From Desulfuromonadales bacterium (GTDB taxonomy: Bacteria > Desulfobacterota > Desulfuromonadia > Desulfuromonadales > SZUA-540), in the NCBI GenBank assembly GCA_033549025.1, contig JAWSUS010000002.1, positions 64,001 to 128,000 of the forward strand: a stretch of DNA of 64,000 nucleotides, in the 5' to 3' direction. The translations under genes and the position numbers were made by a program. Shown here piece by piece: positions 9,059 to 19,215 of the stretch (its first letter is position 1; each line of letters starts with the position of its first letter). Below the pieces are notes generated by a model, which searched no databases, was not told where the DNA came from, and saw only the letters and a program-made list of their open reading frames with translations.

Positions 9059-9760
9059 ATGGAATCCCTCTTTATCGCCCTTAATCAAGCGGTCACCGGC
9101 TCGCCGCTGCTCGCGCTTGCGGCCGCTCTGGCCTGGGGCGTCCTCAGCGTCGTTCTCTCCCCCTGCCATCTGGCCAGCATTCCCCTTATTGTCGGCTTTA
9201 TCGACGGCCAGGGAAGGATGACCACAAAGCGGGCTTTTCTCATCTCCACCCTGTTCGCCTTCGGCATTCTGCTCACTATTGCCCTGATCGGCGTCATCAC
9301 CGCCGCGGCTGGACGCATGCTCGGCGACCTGGGCCCCTGGGCCAACTGGTTCGTCGCCGGCATCTTTATCCTGGTCGGACTGCACCTGCTCGACTTTATC
9401 CCCATGCCCTGGTCGGGGCCTGGCCAGGTCGGGATGGCACGCAAAGGGATGCTGGCGGCGTTCCTCCTCGGCCTCATTTTCGGTATCGCCCTCGGGCCCT
9501 GCACCTTTGCCTACATGGCCCCGATGCTTGGGATAACTTTCAGCCTGGCCGCCGACAATCTGCTTTACGGGGCCTCGCTCCTGCTCGCCTACGGCATCGG
9601 TCACTGTGCCGTGATCGTGCTGGCCGGCACCTTCACCGAAATTATTCAGCATTACCTGGACTGGAACGAAAAATCCAAAGGGGCGGTCATCCTCAAAAAG
9701 ATTTGCGGTATTCTCGTGATAGCGGGCGGCCTGTGGCTCATCTACAGCGCCCCCTTTTAA
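9059..9760 (+). CDS. ccdA: CcdA/DsbD-family thiol-disulfide transmembrane transporter
   Basis: LSPCHL and LGPCTF Pro-Cys motifs, about six TM segments. Confidence 0.85.
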   Translation: MESLFIALNQAVTGSPLLALAAALAWGVLSVVLSPCHLASIPLIVGFIDGQGRMTTKRAFLISTLFAFGILLTIALIGVITAAAGRMLGDLGPWANWFVAGIFILVGLHLLDFIPMPWSGPGQVGMARKGMLAAFLLGLIFGIALGPCTFAYMAPMLGITFSLAADNLLYGASLLLAYGIGHCAVIVLAGTFTEIIQHYLDWNEKSKGAVILKKICGILVIAGGLWLIYSAPF

Positions 9761-9775
9761 CTGGAGGGAAAAAAC

Positions 9776-10246
9776 ATGAAAACTTGGTTGCGATGCACCC
9801 TGATGATCTTTGCGGCAACGTTGCTGTTCGGCACCAAAACTTTTTCGGCCGAGCCCATCTCGTTTGAAAATTACCTTCTTAACTACACCTACGAATCCCG
9901 CAAGGATATGAAAGCGACCAGCACACAGGTTATCGATTGGGTCGAGGACGGCAAGGCCGTGCTGGTCGACATCCGCTTTAAAGAAGAACAACAGACCTGG
10001 GGGGTCAATTTCGGCCTGAAGATTCCCCTGAGCGAGCTGCCAAAACGCCTGGCCGAACTGCCCAAGGACAAGATCATTGTCGCCGCCTGCCCCCATAAGG
10101 ACCGGGCCATCATCGCCATGGTCTACCTGCGCACCCAAGGTTTCCAGGCCCGCTACCTCACGGACGGCCTGATTGGCTTGATGGAAAATCTGCGCGGAGA
10201 AGATGCATTGTATTTTCAGGAGTTGCTGAAGACGCCGGAGAAGTAG
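9776..10246 (+). CDS. Secreted single-domain rhodanese-like protein
   Basis: Signal peptide; LVDIR, IPLSELP, IIVAACPHKDRA active-site loop, GFQARYLTDG. Confidence 0.8.
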   Translation: MKTWLRCTLMIFAATLLFGTKTFSAEPISFENYLLNYTYESRKDMKATSTQVIDWVEDGKAVLVDIRFKEEQQTWGVNFGLKIPLSELPKRLAELPKDKIIVAACPHKDRAIIAMVYLRTQGFQARYLTDGLIGLMENLRGEDALYFQELLKTPEK

Positions 10247-10275
10247 AGTCAGTTAAGAACGATTCCTGCCGGCAC

Positions 10276-10315
10276 AAAAACAACAAGGGCCTACAGCGTT
10301 TGCTGTAGGCCCTTG
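10276..10315. terminator. Hairpin terminator between ars operon and tRNA-Asn
   Basis: CAAGGGCCTACAGC-gttt-GCTGTAGGCCCTTG with flanking A/T-rich tails. Confidence 0.75.
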
Positions 10316-10323
10316 ATATTTTA

Positions 10324-10399
<76 letters not shown>

Positions 10400-10491
10400 A
10401 TGTGTGACAGGCTGGGAATATACTGGATTGCCCTGGGGCTGTCAAGTTTTTTGTGCCCTAATTTTTAGTCGAATTTGATACCCGGGATGCC

Positions 10492-11082
10492 CTAACGTCC
10501 ACCCTTTTTGAGATCCACAAGAATCAGTTTAGCCACCGCTTTGAGTGTCTCGAAAACCCCTTCACCGGTGGTGGCGCAGGCTTCAAATTCGGGCACGTTG
10601 GTCGGATTGAGAAGGCTGCGCAGCTCTTCCAGTGACGAAACGTTGGGAAGGTCCCGCTTATTGTATTGGATGACGAAAGGCAGGTTTTCGAGCTGATAGC
10701 CTTGTTCTTCCAGGTTGACCTTGAGGTTCTCGAGGCTCTCGATGTTGGCATCGAGGCGTTCTTCCTGGGAATCGGCCACAAAAACGACACCGTCAACCCC
10801 TTTGAGGATGAGCTTACGGGAGGCATCGTAGAAGACCTGACCCGGCACGGTATAGAGATGGAAGCGGGTTTTGAAGCCACGAATTTCTCCCAGCGCCAGC
10901 GGCAGAAAGTCGAAGAACAGCGTCCGCTCTGTCTCCGTCGCCAGAGAGATCATCTTTCCCTTGGATTCAGGTGCCGTCTTCTGGTAGACGAACTGAAGAT
11001 TGGTCGTCTTGCCGCAAAGGCCCGGCCCATAATAGACGATTTTGCAGTTTATTTCGCGTGAAGCGTAGTTGATAAAAGACAT
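10492..11082 (-). CDS. mglA: Small Ras-like GTPase MglA
   Basis: [40 protein letters not shown]. Confidence 0.95.
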   Translation of the reverse strand: MSFINYASREINCKIVYYGPGLCGKTTNLQFVYQKTAPESKGKMISLATETERTLFFDFLPLALGEIRGFKTRFHLYTVPGQVFYDASRKLILKGVDGVVFVADSQEERLDANIESLENLKVNLEEQGYQLENLPFVIQYNKRDLPNVSSLEELRSLLNPTNVPEFEACATTGEGVFETLKAVAKLILVDLKKGGR

Positions 11083-11095
11083 GCTGGCTTACCTC

Positions 11096-11593
11096 TCAGC
11101 TGAAGAGGTTATCAATGTCGTCGTCGGTGATTTCGGCAAAAGGACTCTGAAAATCTCCACTGGATTCCATCTCCTCTGCCTTCTTTTCCAGATCCTGAAA
11201 AATATCACCCAACTCATCGCTGGCCTTTTTGACGCGAAGACGGACCAACCCGAGCGAACTGCGCTGGTCGAAAATCACAACCAGGATCACCCTGCCGGCC
11301 ACAATGGAAATGTGCAGATTGTCTTTTTCCCCCTCGTGAAAGAGGATGGAAAATTCCTTCTCGCCGATGAGTTTGGCCAATCCGCCCGTCGCAGCGATAT
11401 TTCCTGCCGTCAAGGAGGCCAGGCTTGTCGTATCCAGATGTTCGGTCTCACCGACGGCGGTGATCAACTGGCCATTTTTGTCGACCAGAAAAATGACCTT
11501 GGCGTTGGCTTCCCGCAGCAGTTTCTCAATGGTCGCGTTTATTCTTTTCAATTCCTCGTCGTACATGACGAGCGATGATTGTGGGCCAAACAT
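11096..11593 (-). CDS. mglB: Roadblock/LC7 protein MglB (GAP)
   Basis: LASLTAGNIAATGGLAKLIGE, SSLGLVRLRV, EITDDDIDNLF; RBS AAGGAG before MFGPQ. Confidence 0.93.
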   Translation of the reverse strand: MFGPQSSLVMYDEELKRINATIEKLLREANAKVIFLVDKNGQLITAVGETEHLDTTSLASLTAGNIAATGGLAKLIGEKEFSILFHEGEKDNLHISIVAGRVILVVIFDQRSSLGLVRLRVKKASDELGDIFQDLEKKAEEMESSGDFQSPFAEITDDDIDNLFS

Positions 11594-11715
11594 GCCAATG
11601 CTCCTTGAAAGGGTTTGTGCACCAGCGGATTTTATAGCATCTATACCCCGAACTATCAAGGTCTTTTAATGACTTAGGATCTGCACGAAGGAACTGAATA
11701 CCCTGAAATTTTCCC

Positions 11716-11750
11716 AAAAAAAACTCCCGACAGTTGCCTGCCGGGAGTTT
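11716..11750 (-). terminator. Terminator after PFOR gene
   Basis: AAACTCCCG...CGGGAGTTT stem with an 8-T tail on the minus strand. Confidence 0.7.
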
Positions 11751-11768
11751 GAATCACCGAGTTGTCAC

Positions 11769-14700
11769 TCAGCTTTTTTTGCCACAATCGACCTGCATAT
11801 CGGCCAGCTTTTTATAGAGATCGTAGCGCGCGGCCGTTTCGGCGTTGGCCTGTTTCATCAGGCTAGCGGCCACCTCAGGCTGGGCTTTCTGCAGGAATTT
11901 CCAGCGATTCTCCCCAGAGGCGAACTCTTCGAAGGAGATACTGGGATCCTTGCTGTCCAGCTGGAGCGGGTTTTTGCCCTGGTCGGCCAGGCGGGGGTCA
12001 TAGCGGAAAAGGGGCCAGTGACCGCAGGCGACCGCTTTCTTACACTCATCCACGGCGGTGGTCATATTGATGCCGTGAGCGATACAGTGGCTGTAAGCGA
12101 TAATCAGCGACGGTCCATCATAGGCATCCGCTTCGAGCATGGCTTTGACGACCTGAGCCGGATTAGCCATGGAGACCTTGGCGACATAGATGTTGCCATA
12201 AGTCATGGCGATCATGCCGAGGTCTTTCTTCGGCATGCGCTTACCACCCGCGGCAAACTGAGCCACGGCGCCCAGAGGCGTCGATTTAGAGGCCTGACCA
12301 CCGGTGTTCGAGTAAACTTCGGTGTCGAGAACCAGTACGTTGACGTTCTCACCGGAAGCGAGGACGTGGTCGAGACCACCGTAACCGATATCGTAAGCCC
12401 AGCCGTCGCCGCCGTGGATCCAGACCGACTTCTTGACGAGGTAGTCGGCGACGGACAGCAGGTTCTTGCTGTCGGCATCGGGACACTTCTCAAGAGATTT
12501 CTTCAGCTTGGCAACGCGGGCGCGCTGGGCCTCGATCTCTTCCTGATTTGTCTGGGGCGCCTCTTTGATCTCCTTCATCAAAGGCAGGCTTTCCTTGCAC
12601 CCTTTGCAGTCACAAGAGGACAGCTTATCGACAAGTTCAAGAGCATATTCAGTAAACTTGTCGATGGTCAGGCGGAAGCCGAAACCGAACTCGGCGTTGT
12701 CTTCAAACAGTGAGTTGCTCCAGGCCGGACCCAGACCATCCTTGCGCTTGCTCCAAGGAGTGGTGGGCAGGTTACCGCCGTAGATAGAGGAGCAGCCGGT
12801 GGCATTGGCGACCACCATGCGGTCACCAAAGAGCTGGGAGCAAAGCTTGACGAAAGGCGTCTCGCCACAGCCGGCGCAGGCCCCGGAGAATTCGAACATC
12901 GGCGGCAACAGCTGGCTCCCCTTGAGGGTAGCGGGGTTGATCAGAGCCGGGTCGGTGTCGGGAAGAGCGAGGAAGAATTCGAAATTCTCGCGCTCTGTCT
13001 CACGCAGGGGTACCTGCTCAACCATGTTGATGGCCTTGTGGTTTTCGTCGGTCTTACTCTTGGCCGGGCAGTTGTGAACACAGGCGCCGCAGCCGGTGCA
13101 GTCTTCGACAGCCACCTGCAGAGTGAACTTCTTGCCTTCCATGCCCTTGCCTTTGGCGGCGCAAGACTTGAAAGTCGACGGAGCCCCTTTAAGCTCTTTC
13201 TCGTCGTAAATTTTCATACGGATCGAGGCGTGCGGGCAGACGAAGGAACAGATCCCGCACTGAATGCAGAGTTCTTCGTCCCAGGCCGGTACGGTTACCG
13301 CAATATTGCGCTTCTCGTACATGGCCGTGGCCGTAGGGAAGGTGCCGTCAGCCGGCATAGCGGAGATGGGCAGCTTGTCGCCCAAACCGTCGATGATGGG
13401 CCCCAGGGTCTTTTGCACGGTTTCGGGAGTGCCGGCCCATTTGCCGATATGCATCTCGATGGTGCTGTCAGCCTTGGCGGGGATAGCCACTTCCTCGATA
13501 TTGTTGGCGCCGGCATCAACAGCCTGGAAGTTCATGTTGACGACCTTTTCGCCAGCCTTGCCGTAACTCTTGACAATGGCGTCCTTGATCTCCTTGACGG
13601 CCAGATCGAAATCGATGATGTTGGAGATCTTGAAGAAAGCGGTCTGCATGATGACGTTGATACGGGGACCGAGGCCGATCTTGTTGCCCAGGTGAACACC
13701 GTCGATCACGAAGAACTTGAGCTGCTTGTCAATAATCTGCTGCTGCACTTGCTTGGGCAGATGGGCCCAGACCTCGTCCTTGTTGTAAGGGCTGTTGAGG
13801 AGGAAGGTCGCTCCCTTCTTGGCCCGGCCGAGCATGTCGTACTTCTCGAGGAAAGAGAAGTTGTGACAGGCGACAAAATCGGCACTGTCCACGAGATACG
13901 TGCTGCGAATCACGTCTTTGCCGAACCGCAGGTGGCTGGTGGTCATGCTGCCGGCCTTCTTGGAGTCATAGACGAAGTAGGCCTGCGCGTTGTTGTCCGT
14001 GTTGTCGCCGATGATCTTGATGGAGTTCTTGTTGGCGCCAACGGTGCCGTCGGAACCGAGACCATAGAACATGGCGGCATAGACGCTCTGAGGCACCTTG
14101 TAGTTCGGGTCGAAATCGAGGCTTTTGCCGGTGACGTCGTCCTTGATGCCGACAACGAAGTGGTTCATCGGCTTGTCGGCCTTAAGATTGTCGTAAACTG
14201 CTTTGGCCATGGCCGGGGAGAACTCGTAGGAGCCCAGGCCGTAGCGGCCGCCAACGATGGTCGGATAGCCGTCAAAGGAGAACAGGCCTTCGGACATGGC
14301 CTCGCCGATGGCGGTACGCACGTTGTGGTAGATAGGCTCACCCATGGAGCCGGGCTCCTTGGTGCGATCGAGAACGGCAATCTTTTTGACCGTCTTGGGC
14401 AGGGCCTTAACAAAGGCCTCCGTCAGGTAAGGCAGGAAGAGACGCACTTTAAGCAGGCCGACCTTCTCGCCCTGAGCATTGAGATGCTCGACCAGCTCAT
14501 GGATGGTCTCGCAGGAAGAGCCCATGGCCACGATGACGCGCTCGGCGTCAGGAGCCCCAACATAATCAAACAGATTATACTGGCGACCGGTCAGCTTGGC
14601 GAATTTGTCCATCTGGGCCTGAACGATGCCGGGCACCTTGTCATAGTAGGAATTGACTGTCTCACGACCTTGGAAGTACACGTCGGGGTTCTGGGCGGTA

Positions 14701-15350
14701 CCGCGCAGAACCGGATGATCGGGCGAAAGGCCACGGGCACGGTGAGCGCGTACCTGCTCGTCGTCGATCATCGCTTTCATGTCGTCCATGGACAAGGCTT
14801 CCACTTTCTGAATTTCATGGGAGGTGCGGAAGCCGTCGAAGAAGTGCAGGAAGGGGATGCGCGACTCGAGGGTCGAGGCCTGGGCAATCAGGGCAAAGTC
14901 CATGACTTCCTGAGGATTATTCGAGCACAGGAAGGCCCAGCCGGTAGAACGGCAGGTCATGACGTCGGAGTGATCGCCGAAAATGGACAGGGCCTGCGCG
15001 GCGATGGCGCGGGCCGATACATGGAAGACCGTCGGGGTCAATTCGCCGGCAATCTTGAACATGTTGGGGATCATCAGGAGCAGCCCCTGAGAGGCGGTAA
15101 ACGTGGTGGTCAGAGCACCGGCCTGCAGAGCGCCGTGAACCGCGCCGGCCGCACCACCTTCGGACTGCATTTCGACGACCTTGGGAATCGTACCCCAGAT
15201 GTTTTTTTCACCCACCGCACTCTTTGCGTCGGAGATCTCACCCATAACCGATGATGGCGTGATGGGATAGATGGCGATAACCTCGTTGGTGGCATGGGCT
15301 ACATGCGCCGCCGCGGTATTGCCGTCAATGTTTACCATAGTGCGCGACAT
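11769..15350 (-). CDS. nifJ: Pyruvate:ferredoxin (flavodoxin) oxidoreductase
   Basis: YPITPSS, EMQSEGGAAG, GLGSDGTVGANK, two CxxCxxCxxxCP motifs, SGACAGCGET, GGDGWAYDIG. Confidence 0.97.
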   Translation of the reverse strand: MSRTMVNIDGNTAAAHVAHATNEVIAIYPITPSSVMGEISDAKSAVGEKNIWGTIPKVVEMQSEGGAAGAVHGALQAGALTTTFTASQGLLLMIPNMFKIAGELTPTVFHVSARAIAAQALSIFGDHSDVMTCRSTGWAFLCSNNPQEVMDFALIAQASTLESRIPFLHFFDGFRTSHEIQKVEALSMDDMKAMIDDEQVRAHRARGLSPDHPVLRGTAQNPDVYFQGRETVNSYYDKVPGIVQAQMDKFAKLTGRQYNLFDYVGAPDAERVIVAMGSSCETIHELVEHLNAQGEKVGLLKVRLFLPYLTEAFVKALPKTVKKIAVLDRTKEPGSMGEPIYHNVRTAIGEAMSEGLFSFDGYPTIVGGRYGLGSYEFSPAMAKAVYDNLKADKPMNHFVVGIKDDVTGKSLDFDPNYKVPQSVYAAMFYGLGSDGTVGANKNSIKIIGDNTDNNAQAYFVYDSKKAGSMTTSHLRFGKDVIRSTYLVDSADFVACHNFSFLEKYDMLGRAKKGATFLLNSPYNKDEVWAHLPKQVQQQIIDKQLKFFVIDGVHLGNKIGLGPRINVIMQTAFFKISNIIDFDLAVKEIKDAIVKSYGKAGEKVVNMNFQAVDAGANNIEEVAIPAKADSTIEMHIGKWAGTPETVQKTLGPIIDGLGDKLPISAMPADGTFPTATAMYEKRNIAVTVPAWDEELCIQCGICSFVCPHASIRMKIYDEKELKGAPSTFKSCAAKGKGMEGKKFTLQVAVEDCTGCGACVHNCPAKSKTDENHKAINMVEQVPLRETERENFEFFLALPDTDPALINPATLKGSQLLPPMFEFSGACAGCGETPFVKLCSQLFGDRMVVANATGCSSIYGGNLPTTPWSKRKDGLGPAWSNSLFEDNAEFGFGFRLTIDKFTEYALELVDKLSSCDCKGCKESLPLMKEIKEAPQTNQEEIEAQRARVAKLKKSLEKCPDADSKNLLSVADYLVKKSVWIHGGDGWAYDIGYGGLDHVLASGENVNVLVLDTEVYSNTGGQASKSTPLGAVAQFAAGGKRMPKKDLGMIAMTYGNIYVAKVSMANPAQVVKAMLEADAYDGPSLIIAYSHCIAHGINMTTAVDECKKAVACGHWPLFRYDPRLADQGKNPLQLDSKDPSISFEEFASGENRWKFLQKAQPEVAASLMKQANAETAARYDLYKKLADMQVDCGKKS

Positions 15351-15530
15351 GAACTCCTCCTTTTGCGTGTTAATGAATCTGTACCCGATATTCCGGATGG
15401 GCTAGCCAGAAAGACCCTGGCAGCGGTGGAATACTCGGCTTTTCACAAATATTCACCCAATGGCCGCAACACGCCGTAGCGCGATGCAAAACCGTAACAG
15501 TATAGCAAAAGTTCCGACAAATTCAGGAGG

Positions 15531-16130
15531 CTAAAGGTCGCGGCGGCCCTCAACGGCCCGGTTCACTGTCGCCTCATCGATGTATTCAAGGTCGCTCCCC
15601 ATGGGGATGCCGTGAGCCAGCCGGGTCACCCTGACACCCAGAGGAGAAATCTGTCTGGCCAGGTAGAGCGCGGTTGTTTCGCCTTCCACCGAAAAATTGG
15701 TAGCGAGCAAAACCTCCTTCACCACGCCATCCTTCAGGCGAGTCAATAGCTCGTCAATTTTCAGGTCTTCCGGCCCGATCCCGTCAAGGGGCGAGAGAGC
15801 GCCATGCAGAACATGATAACGCCCCCGAAAAGACCGGCTGCGTTCGATCGCCATCAGATCCTGCGGCTGTTCAACCACACAGAGCAGGGACTCATCACGC
15901 CCGCTATCGGTGCAGATGGGACAGGGATCCTGCTCGGTCACGCCAAAACAGCAGGAGCAGAAACGGATGTTCTGTTTCAGCTCCCGGATAGCATCCGCGA
16001 GAGCCTCGGACTCGGGCCCGGACTGGCGCAAAATATGAAAAGCCAGGCGGATAGCGGTCTTCTGACCGATCCCTGGCAATTTGGCCAATTCAGCGACTAG
16101 CCGGGTGAAAGACGGGGTGGAGTTTAGCAT
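15531..16130 (-). CDS. recR: Recombination mediator RecR
   Basis: LPGIGQKTAIRLA, CxxC...CxxC zinc finger, YHVLHGALSPLDG Toprim. Confidence 0.96.
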   Translation of the reverse strand: MLNSTPSFTRLVAELAKLPGIGQKTAIRLAFHILRQSGPESEALADAIRELKQNIRFCSCCFGVTEQDPCPICTDSGRDESLLCVVEQPQDLMAIERSRSFRGRYHVLHGALSPLDGIGPEDLKIDELLTRLKDGVVKEVLLATNFSVEGETTALYLARQISPLGVRVTRLAHGIPMGSDLEYIDEATVNRAVEGRRDL

Positions 16131-16225
16131 GGGACTCCGCAAAAATCCAACAAATTAAAATGGTGTTTTATTTTTTTAACAAAACAAAAAATCCGTTTAC
16201 CGGGAGTTAAAGCCGGGGACTTCCC

Positions 16226-16540
16226 TTAGAACAGGCCGGGGATATTCATCCCGCCGGTAATCTTGGACATTTCCTGCTGCATCATGTCCTGACTCTTCTT
16301 GATCGCCTCATTGACGGCGGCGACCACGAGGTCCTGAAGCATCTCAACGTCCTCGGGATCGACTACGCCCTGATCAATGTTGAGGGAGATCAGCTGCTGC
16401 TTGCCATTGACCACGGCAGTGACCATGCCGCCGCCGGCCGACGCCTCGACCTCGCGCTGGGCCAACTCCTCCTGCATGCGAGCCATTTTCTGCTGCATCA
16501 GTTGAGCCTGCTTCATGATATTTCCAAGACCTTTTGACAT
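16226..16540 (-). CDS. ybaB: Nucleoid-associated protein YbaB/EbfC
   Basis: MKQAQLMQ, SAGGGMV, DVEMLQDLVVAAVN; between dnaX and recR. Confidence 0.95.
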   Translation of the reverse strand: MSKGLGNIMKQAQLMQQKMARMQEELAQREVEASAGGGMVTAVVNGKQQLISLNIDQGVVDPEDVEMLQDLVVAAVNEAIKKSQDMMQQEMSKITGGMNIPGLF

Positions 16541-16619
16541 GCTGAATATCCTCCTTGTGATAAATCGCGGATGTAAACAAGATAACGATCAGAGACCCAT
16601 CCGGGGGCACCTTGGCCTG

Positions 16620-18284
16620 CTAGACAAAGCCCTTGTCAATGGGTTTGACTTCACTGACCTTTCCTTCAAATATTTCGATAGCCGCCTTGACCATGGGGTG
16701 CGCTAAGGCGTCATTGCGCAGACGGTTTTTGCGGTCCGATTCCTGGGCTTGACGTTCCTGGACCAAAGAGGGCGGCACCGCCTTTTCGCCAGGAACGGGG
16801 GATAGCTTTATGGTGACAGGCTGGCCAAAATAGTCACTGGCAAGAGTTGTGATCACTTCGAGCGTTTCCGGATCACGAACCTGCTCAAACATGAAAGAGG
16901 CGGCCACATAGCCGATCTCCAGAACGGGAAGTTCCAGGCGCAGCAGGCTGCCGTTTTCAAGCAGGGTCGCGATCAGGGGACGACGTGCCCGCACATGCTC
17001 GACCAGCCCCTGCCACCCCTCCGCCGCTGGTGCCTGAGGAGCCGGGGCTTCAGGCTTTTTTGGCAAATCCTCCGAAACCGGGGCGGGAGGTTCCGACCGC
17101 ACAGGCGCGGGTCGGGAAGGGGGTTCCGACCGCCCAGAGGCAAGCAGGCGCTCCAGGTCTTCGATCTTGCGCACCAACGCGGCCACACTTTTGACCTGGG
17201 GCATATGCGCGAGACGGACCAGGGCCATCTCGAGAATCAGCTTGGGATAAGCGGCCGTAGCCAGCTCCGCTTCGGTGCGAATAAGAATCGACAGAATGCG
17301 CTGCAGCTCTTCCAAGTCGGAATCGTCAGCCAGCCCCCGAAGTTCCTGCAATTCGCTGGAAGACACCTGCAACAGTTCACCAGGTTCCTCTACCACTTTG
17401 ATAAGCACCAGTGACCGGAGAATCTCTACCAGTTCCTGACAGAATTGCCGAAAAGAATGACCCAGATTATCGACCTGCCGGACCACTTCGAGAACCCGGC
17501 GACCATCGCGTCCCAGCACGCCCGAGACCGTATCCATGAGAAGACGGCGATCGACCATACCGAGAATACCGAGAACATCCTGGTCTGATACCTCCATCCC
17601 GCAAAAGGCGACAATCTGATCAAGGGCCGACAGCGAATCGCGCATACTGCCTTCACCCTGACGCGCCACCAATCCGAGGGCCTTGTCTGAAATCTGGATA
17701 CCTTCGGCATCGACAATCTCGCGCAAGCGCTCTACCACTTTCGGCTGAGAAATTTTACGAAAGTCAAAGCGCTGGCACCGCGAAAGGATGGTAATCGGTA
17801 TTTTATGTGGTTCGGTCGTAGCGAAGATAAACTTGGCATGCTCGGGCGGTTCTTCAAGGGTCTTCAACAGGGCATTGAAGGCATTGATGGAAAGCATGTG
17901 GACTTCATCGATAATGAAGATCTTGTAGCGGGAGCGAGAAGGCAGGTAGCGGATATTTTCGCGCAGGGTACGAATATCATCGACCCCCGTATTGGAGGCG
18001 CCGTCGATCTCCAGAACATCGACACCCTGCCCGCTGGTAATTTCGAGACAGGAGGGGCACTGGTTGCAGGGCGTTTCCGTCGGCCCTTCGGCACAATTCA
18101 GGGCCTTGGCCAGAATGCGAGCCGCCGACGTTTTGCCTACCCCGCGAGCACCGGTAAAGAGAAAGGCGTGATGAACGCGGCCGGATTGTATGGCGTTGGC
18201 CAGAGTGCGACTGACATGCTCCTGCCCAACCAGGTCGGAAAAGCTCTGGGGTCGCCATTTGCGAGCCAGTACCAGGTAAGACAT
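16620..18284 (-). CDS. dnaX: DNA polymerase III subunits gamma/tau
   Basis: YLVLARKWRPQ, GARGVGKT, IIDEVHML, TILSRCQ; start at MSYLV. Confidence 0.96.
   Translation of the reverse strand: MSYLVLARKWRPQSFSDLVGQEHVSRTLANAIQSGRVHHAFLFTGARGVGKTSAARILAKALNCAEGPTETPCNQCPSCLEITSGQGVDVLEIDGASNTGVDDIRTLRENIRYLPSRSRYKIFIIDEVHMLSINAFNALLKTLEEPPEHAKFIFATTEPHKIPITILSRCQRFDFRKISQPKVVERLREIVDAEGIQISDKALGLVARQGEGSMRDSLSALDQIVAFCGMEVSDQDVLGILGMVDRRLLMDTVSGVLGRDGRRVLEVVRQVDNLGHSFRQFCQELVEILRSLVLIKVVEEPGELLQVSSSELQELRGLADDSDLEELQRILSILIRTEAELATAAYPKLILEMALVRLAHMPQVKSVAALVRKIEDLERLLASGRSEPPSRPAPVRSEPPAPVSEDLPKKPEAPAPQAPAAEGWQGLVEHVRARRPLIATLLENGSLLRLELPVLEIGYVAASFMFEQVRDPETLEVITTLASDYFGQPVTIKLSPVPGEKAVPPSLVQERQAQESDRKNRLRNDALAHPMVKAAIEIFEGKVSEVKPIDKGFV
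17016..17073 (-). promoter_or_regulatory. Programmed -1 ribosomal frameshift signal in dnaX
   Basis: GGAGG (17069-17073), 7 nt, in-frame A_AAA_AAG (17055-17061), -1 frame GCC TGA (17050-17055), GC-rich downstream segment. Confidence 0.7.
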
Positions 18285-18354
18285 GGGGTGTCGGATCTCC
18301 GGTAAGAGGGGAGAAAGGGGAGAGCAGGGACGCCGGTGGGATTTGCCGGCACAA

Positions 18355-18460
18355 GTGACAGCCAGGCACCCCCGCGGCACACGGCTGAGGTCGTTGCCGC
18401 TGCTCCCTTCCGGGCCTGACGGGGTTGGCGACCGTCCGTTGCGCGGGACCCGGCTGTCAC
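18355..18460 (-). ncRNA. ffs: Signal recognition particle RNA (4.5S)
   Basis: Long hairpin GTGACAGCC...GGCTGTCAC with helix-8 motif TCAGGCCCGGAAGGGAGCAGC; upstream of dnaX. Confidence 0.93.
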
Positions 18461-18520
18461 TTCTAACGGCAATTGGGAATGAGAGGAATCCCTCAGGAAA
18501 TTGCTTGCTTTATAAAAAAC

Positions 18521-18655
18521 TGGCGGAGAGGGAGGGATTCGCCCACTCTGTCGCCGCCGTCACGGCAGCTCCGGCGTCGGCTCCCCTGCGCTCGCTGACG
18601 CGGACATCCTGTCCGCTTTTCTGCCACTGGCAGCGCTTACTTCGCTTCGAATCCC
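18521..18655 (-). repeat. tRNA-linked structured element ending in a duplicated tRNA-Ser 3' end
   Basis: 21-bp exact copy (18521-18541 = 18677-18697), GGGATTCG/CGAATCCC inverted ends, three internal hairpins. Confidence 0.75.
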
Positions 18656-18674
18656 GGGGAGCTATCAATTTTAA

Positions 18675-18764
<90 letters not shown>

Positions 18765-18918
18765 GCGGAAAAGGAAGATTACACAAATGACCCGATCCTG
18801 TAAAGTGTTTTTTCCCGGCCGGAAGGACAAAAAAACACCAAAAGCTCCCGATCCGGTTGCATTCGCTTTCGGTGATGCTACTGTCAAAGGACAGGGACTT
18901 TTTTAGGAGTGTCTTCTT

Positions 18919-19107
18919 ATGATGATTCGCGTCATCTACCAGGATGGTCGACAGGATGTCGTCAACAGTCGAGAATTGGACGACCTGATCGCCAGCGGAA
19001 AAATCCGGCAATTCCTGCGCCAATCCGGCTGGGTGATGCCCGGCTTCGATCCCATCCGGCGCATTACCCAAAACGCCTACCGCGAGGAAGCTCGGCGCTC
19101 GCCCTGA
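18919..19107 (+). CDS. Small conserved protein, GSU3473-like family
   Basis: RBS AGGAG; MIRVIYQDGRQDVV...LDDLI...FLRQSGWV...DPIR pattern recalled for this family. Confidence 0.65.
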   Translation: MMIRVIYQDGRQDVVNSRELDDLIASGKIRQFLRQSGWVMPGFDPIRRITQNAYREEARRSP

Positions 19108-19145
19108 AAGGGGCACGGCCAGCACGACCTCATGTTTCAGAACAC

Positions 19146-19183
19146 AAAACATCCCGCCAGGCACAGACCGGACGGGATGTTTT
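19146..19183. terminator. Bidirectional terminator-like hairpin
   Basis: AAAACATCCCG...CGGGATGTTTT between convergent genes. Confidence 0.6.
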
Positions 19184-19215
19184 CATGAGGGCCGATAACC
19201 GAAAAATAGAGGCTC

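Noticed and set aside
13038..15254. 738-aa plus-strand ORF, and similar long antisense ORFs (320-1435, 19766-21388, 27951-29600, 50993-52957, 60065-61681)
   Set aside because: Antisense shadows of well-supported genes caused by GC-rich codon bias; no motifs or RBS support
18521..18655. Second tRNA-Ser gene or intron-containing tRNA
   Set aside because: Only the 3' 21 nt are present; no 5' acceptor strand, D-arm or anticodon arm
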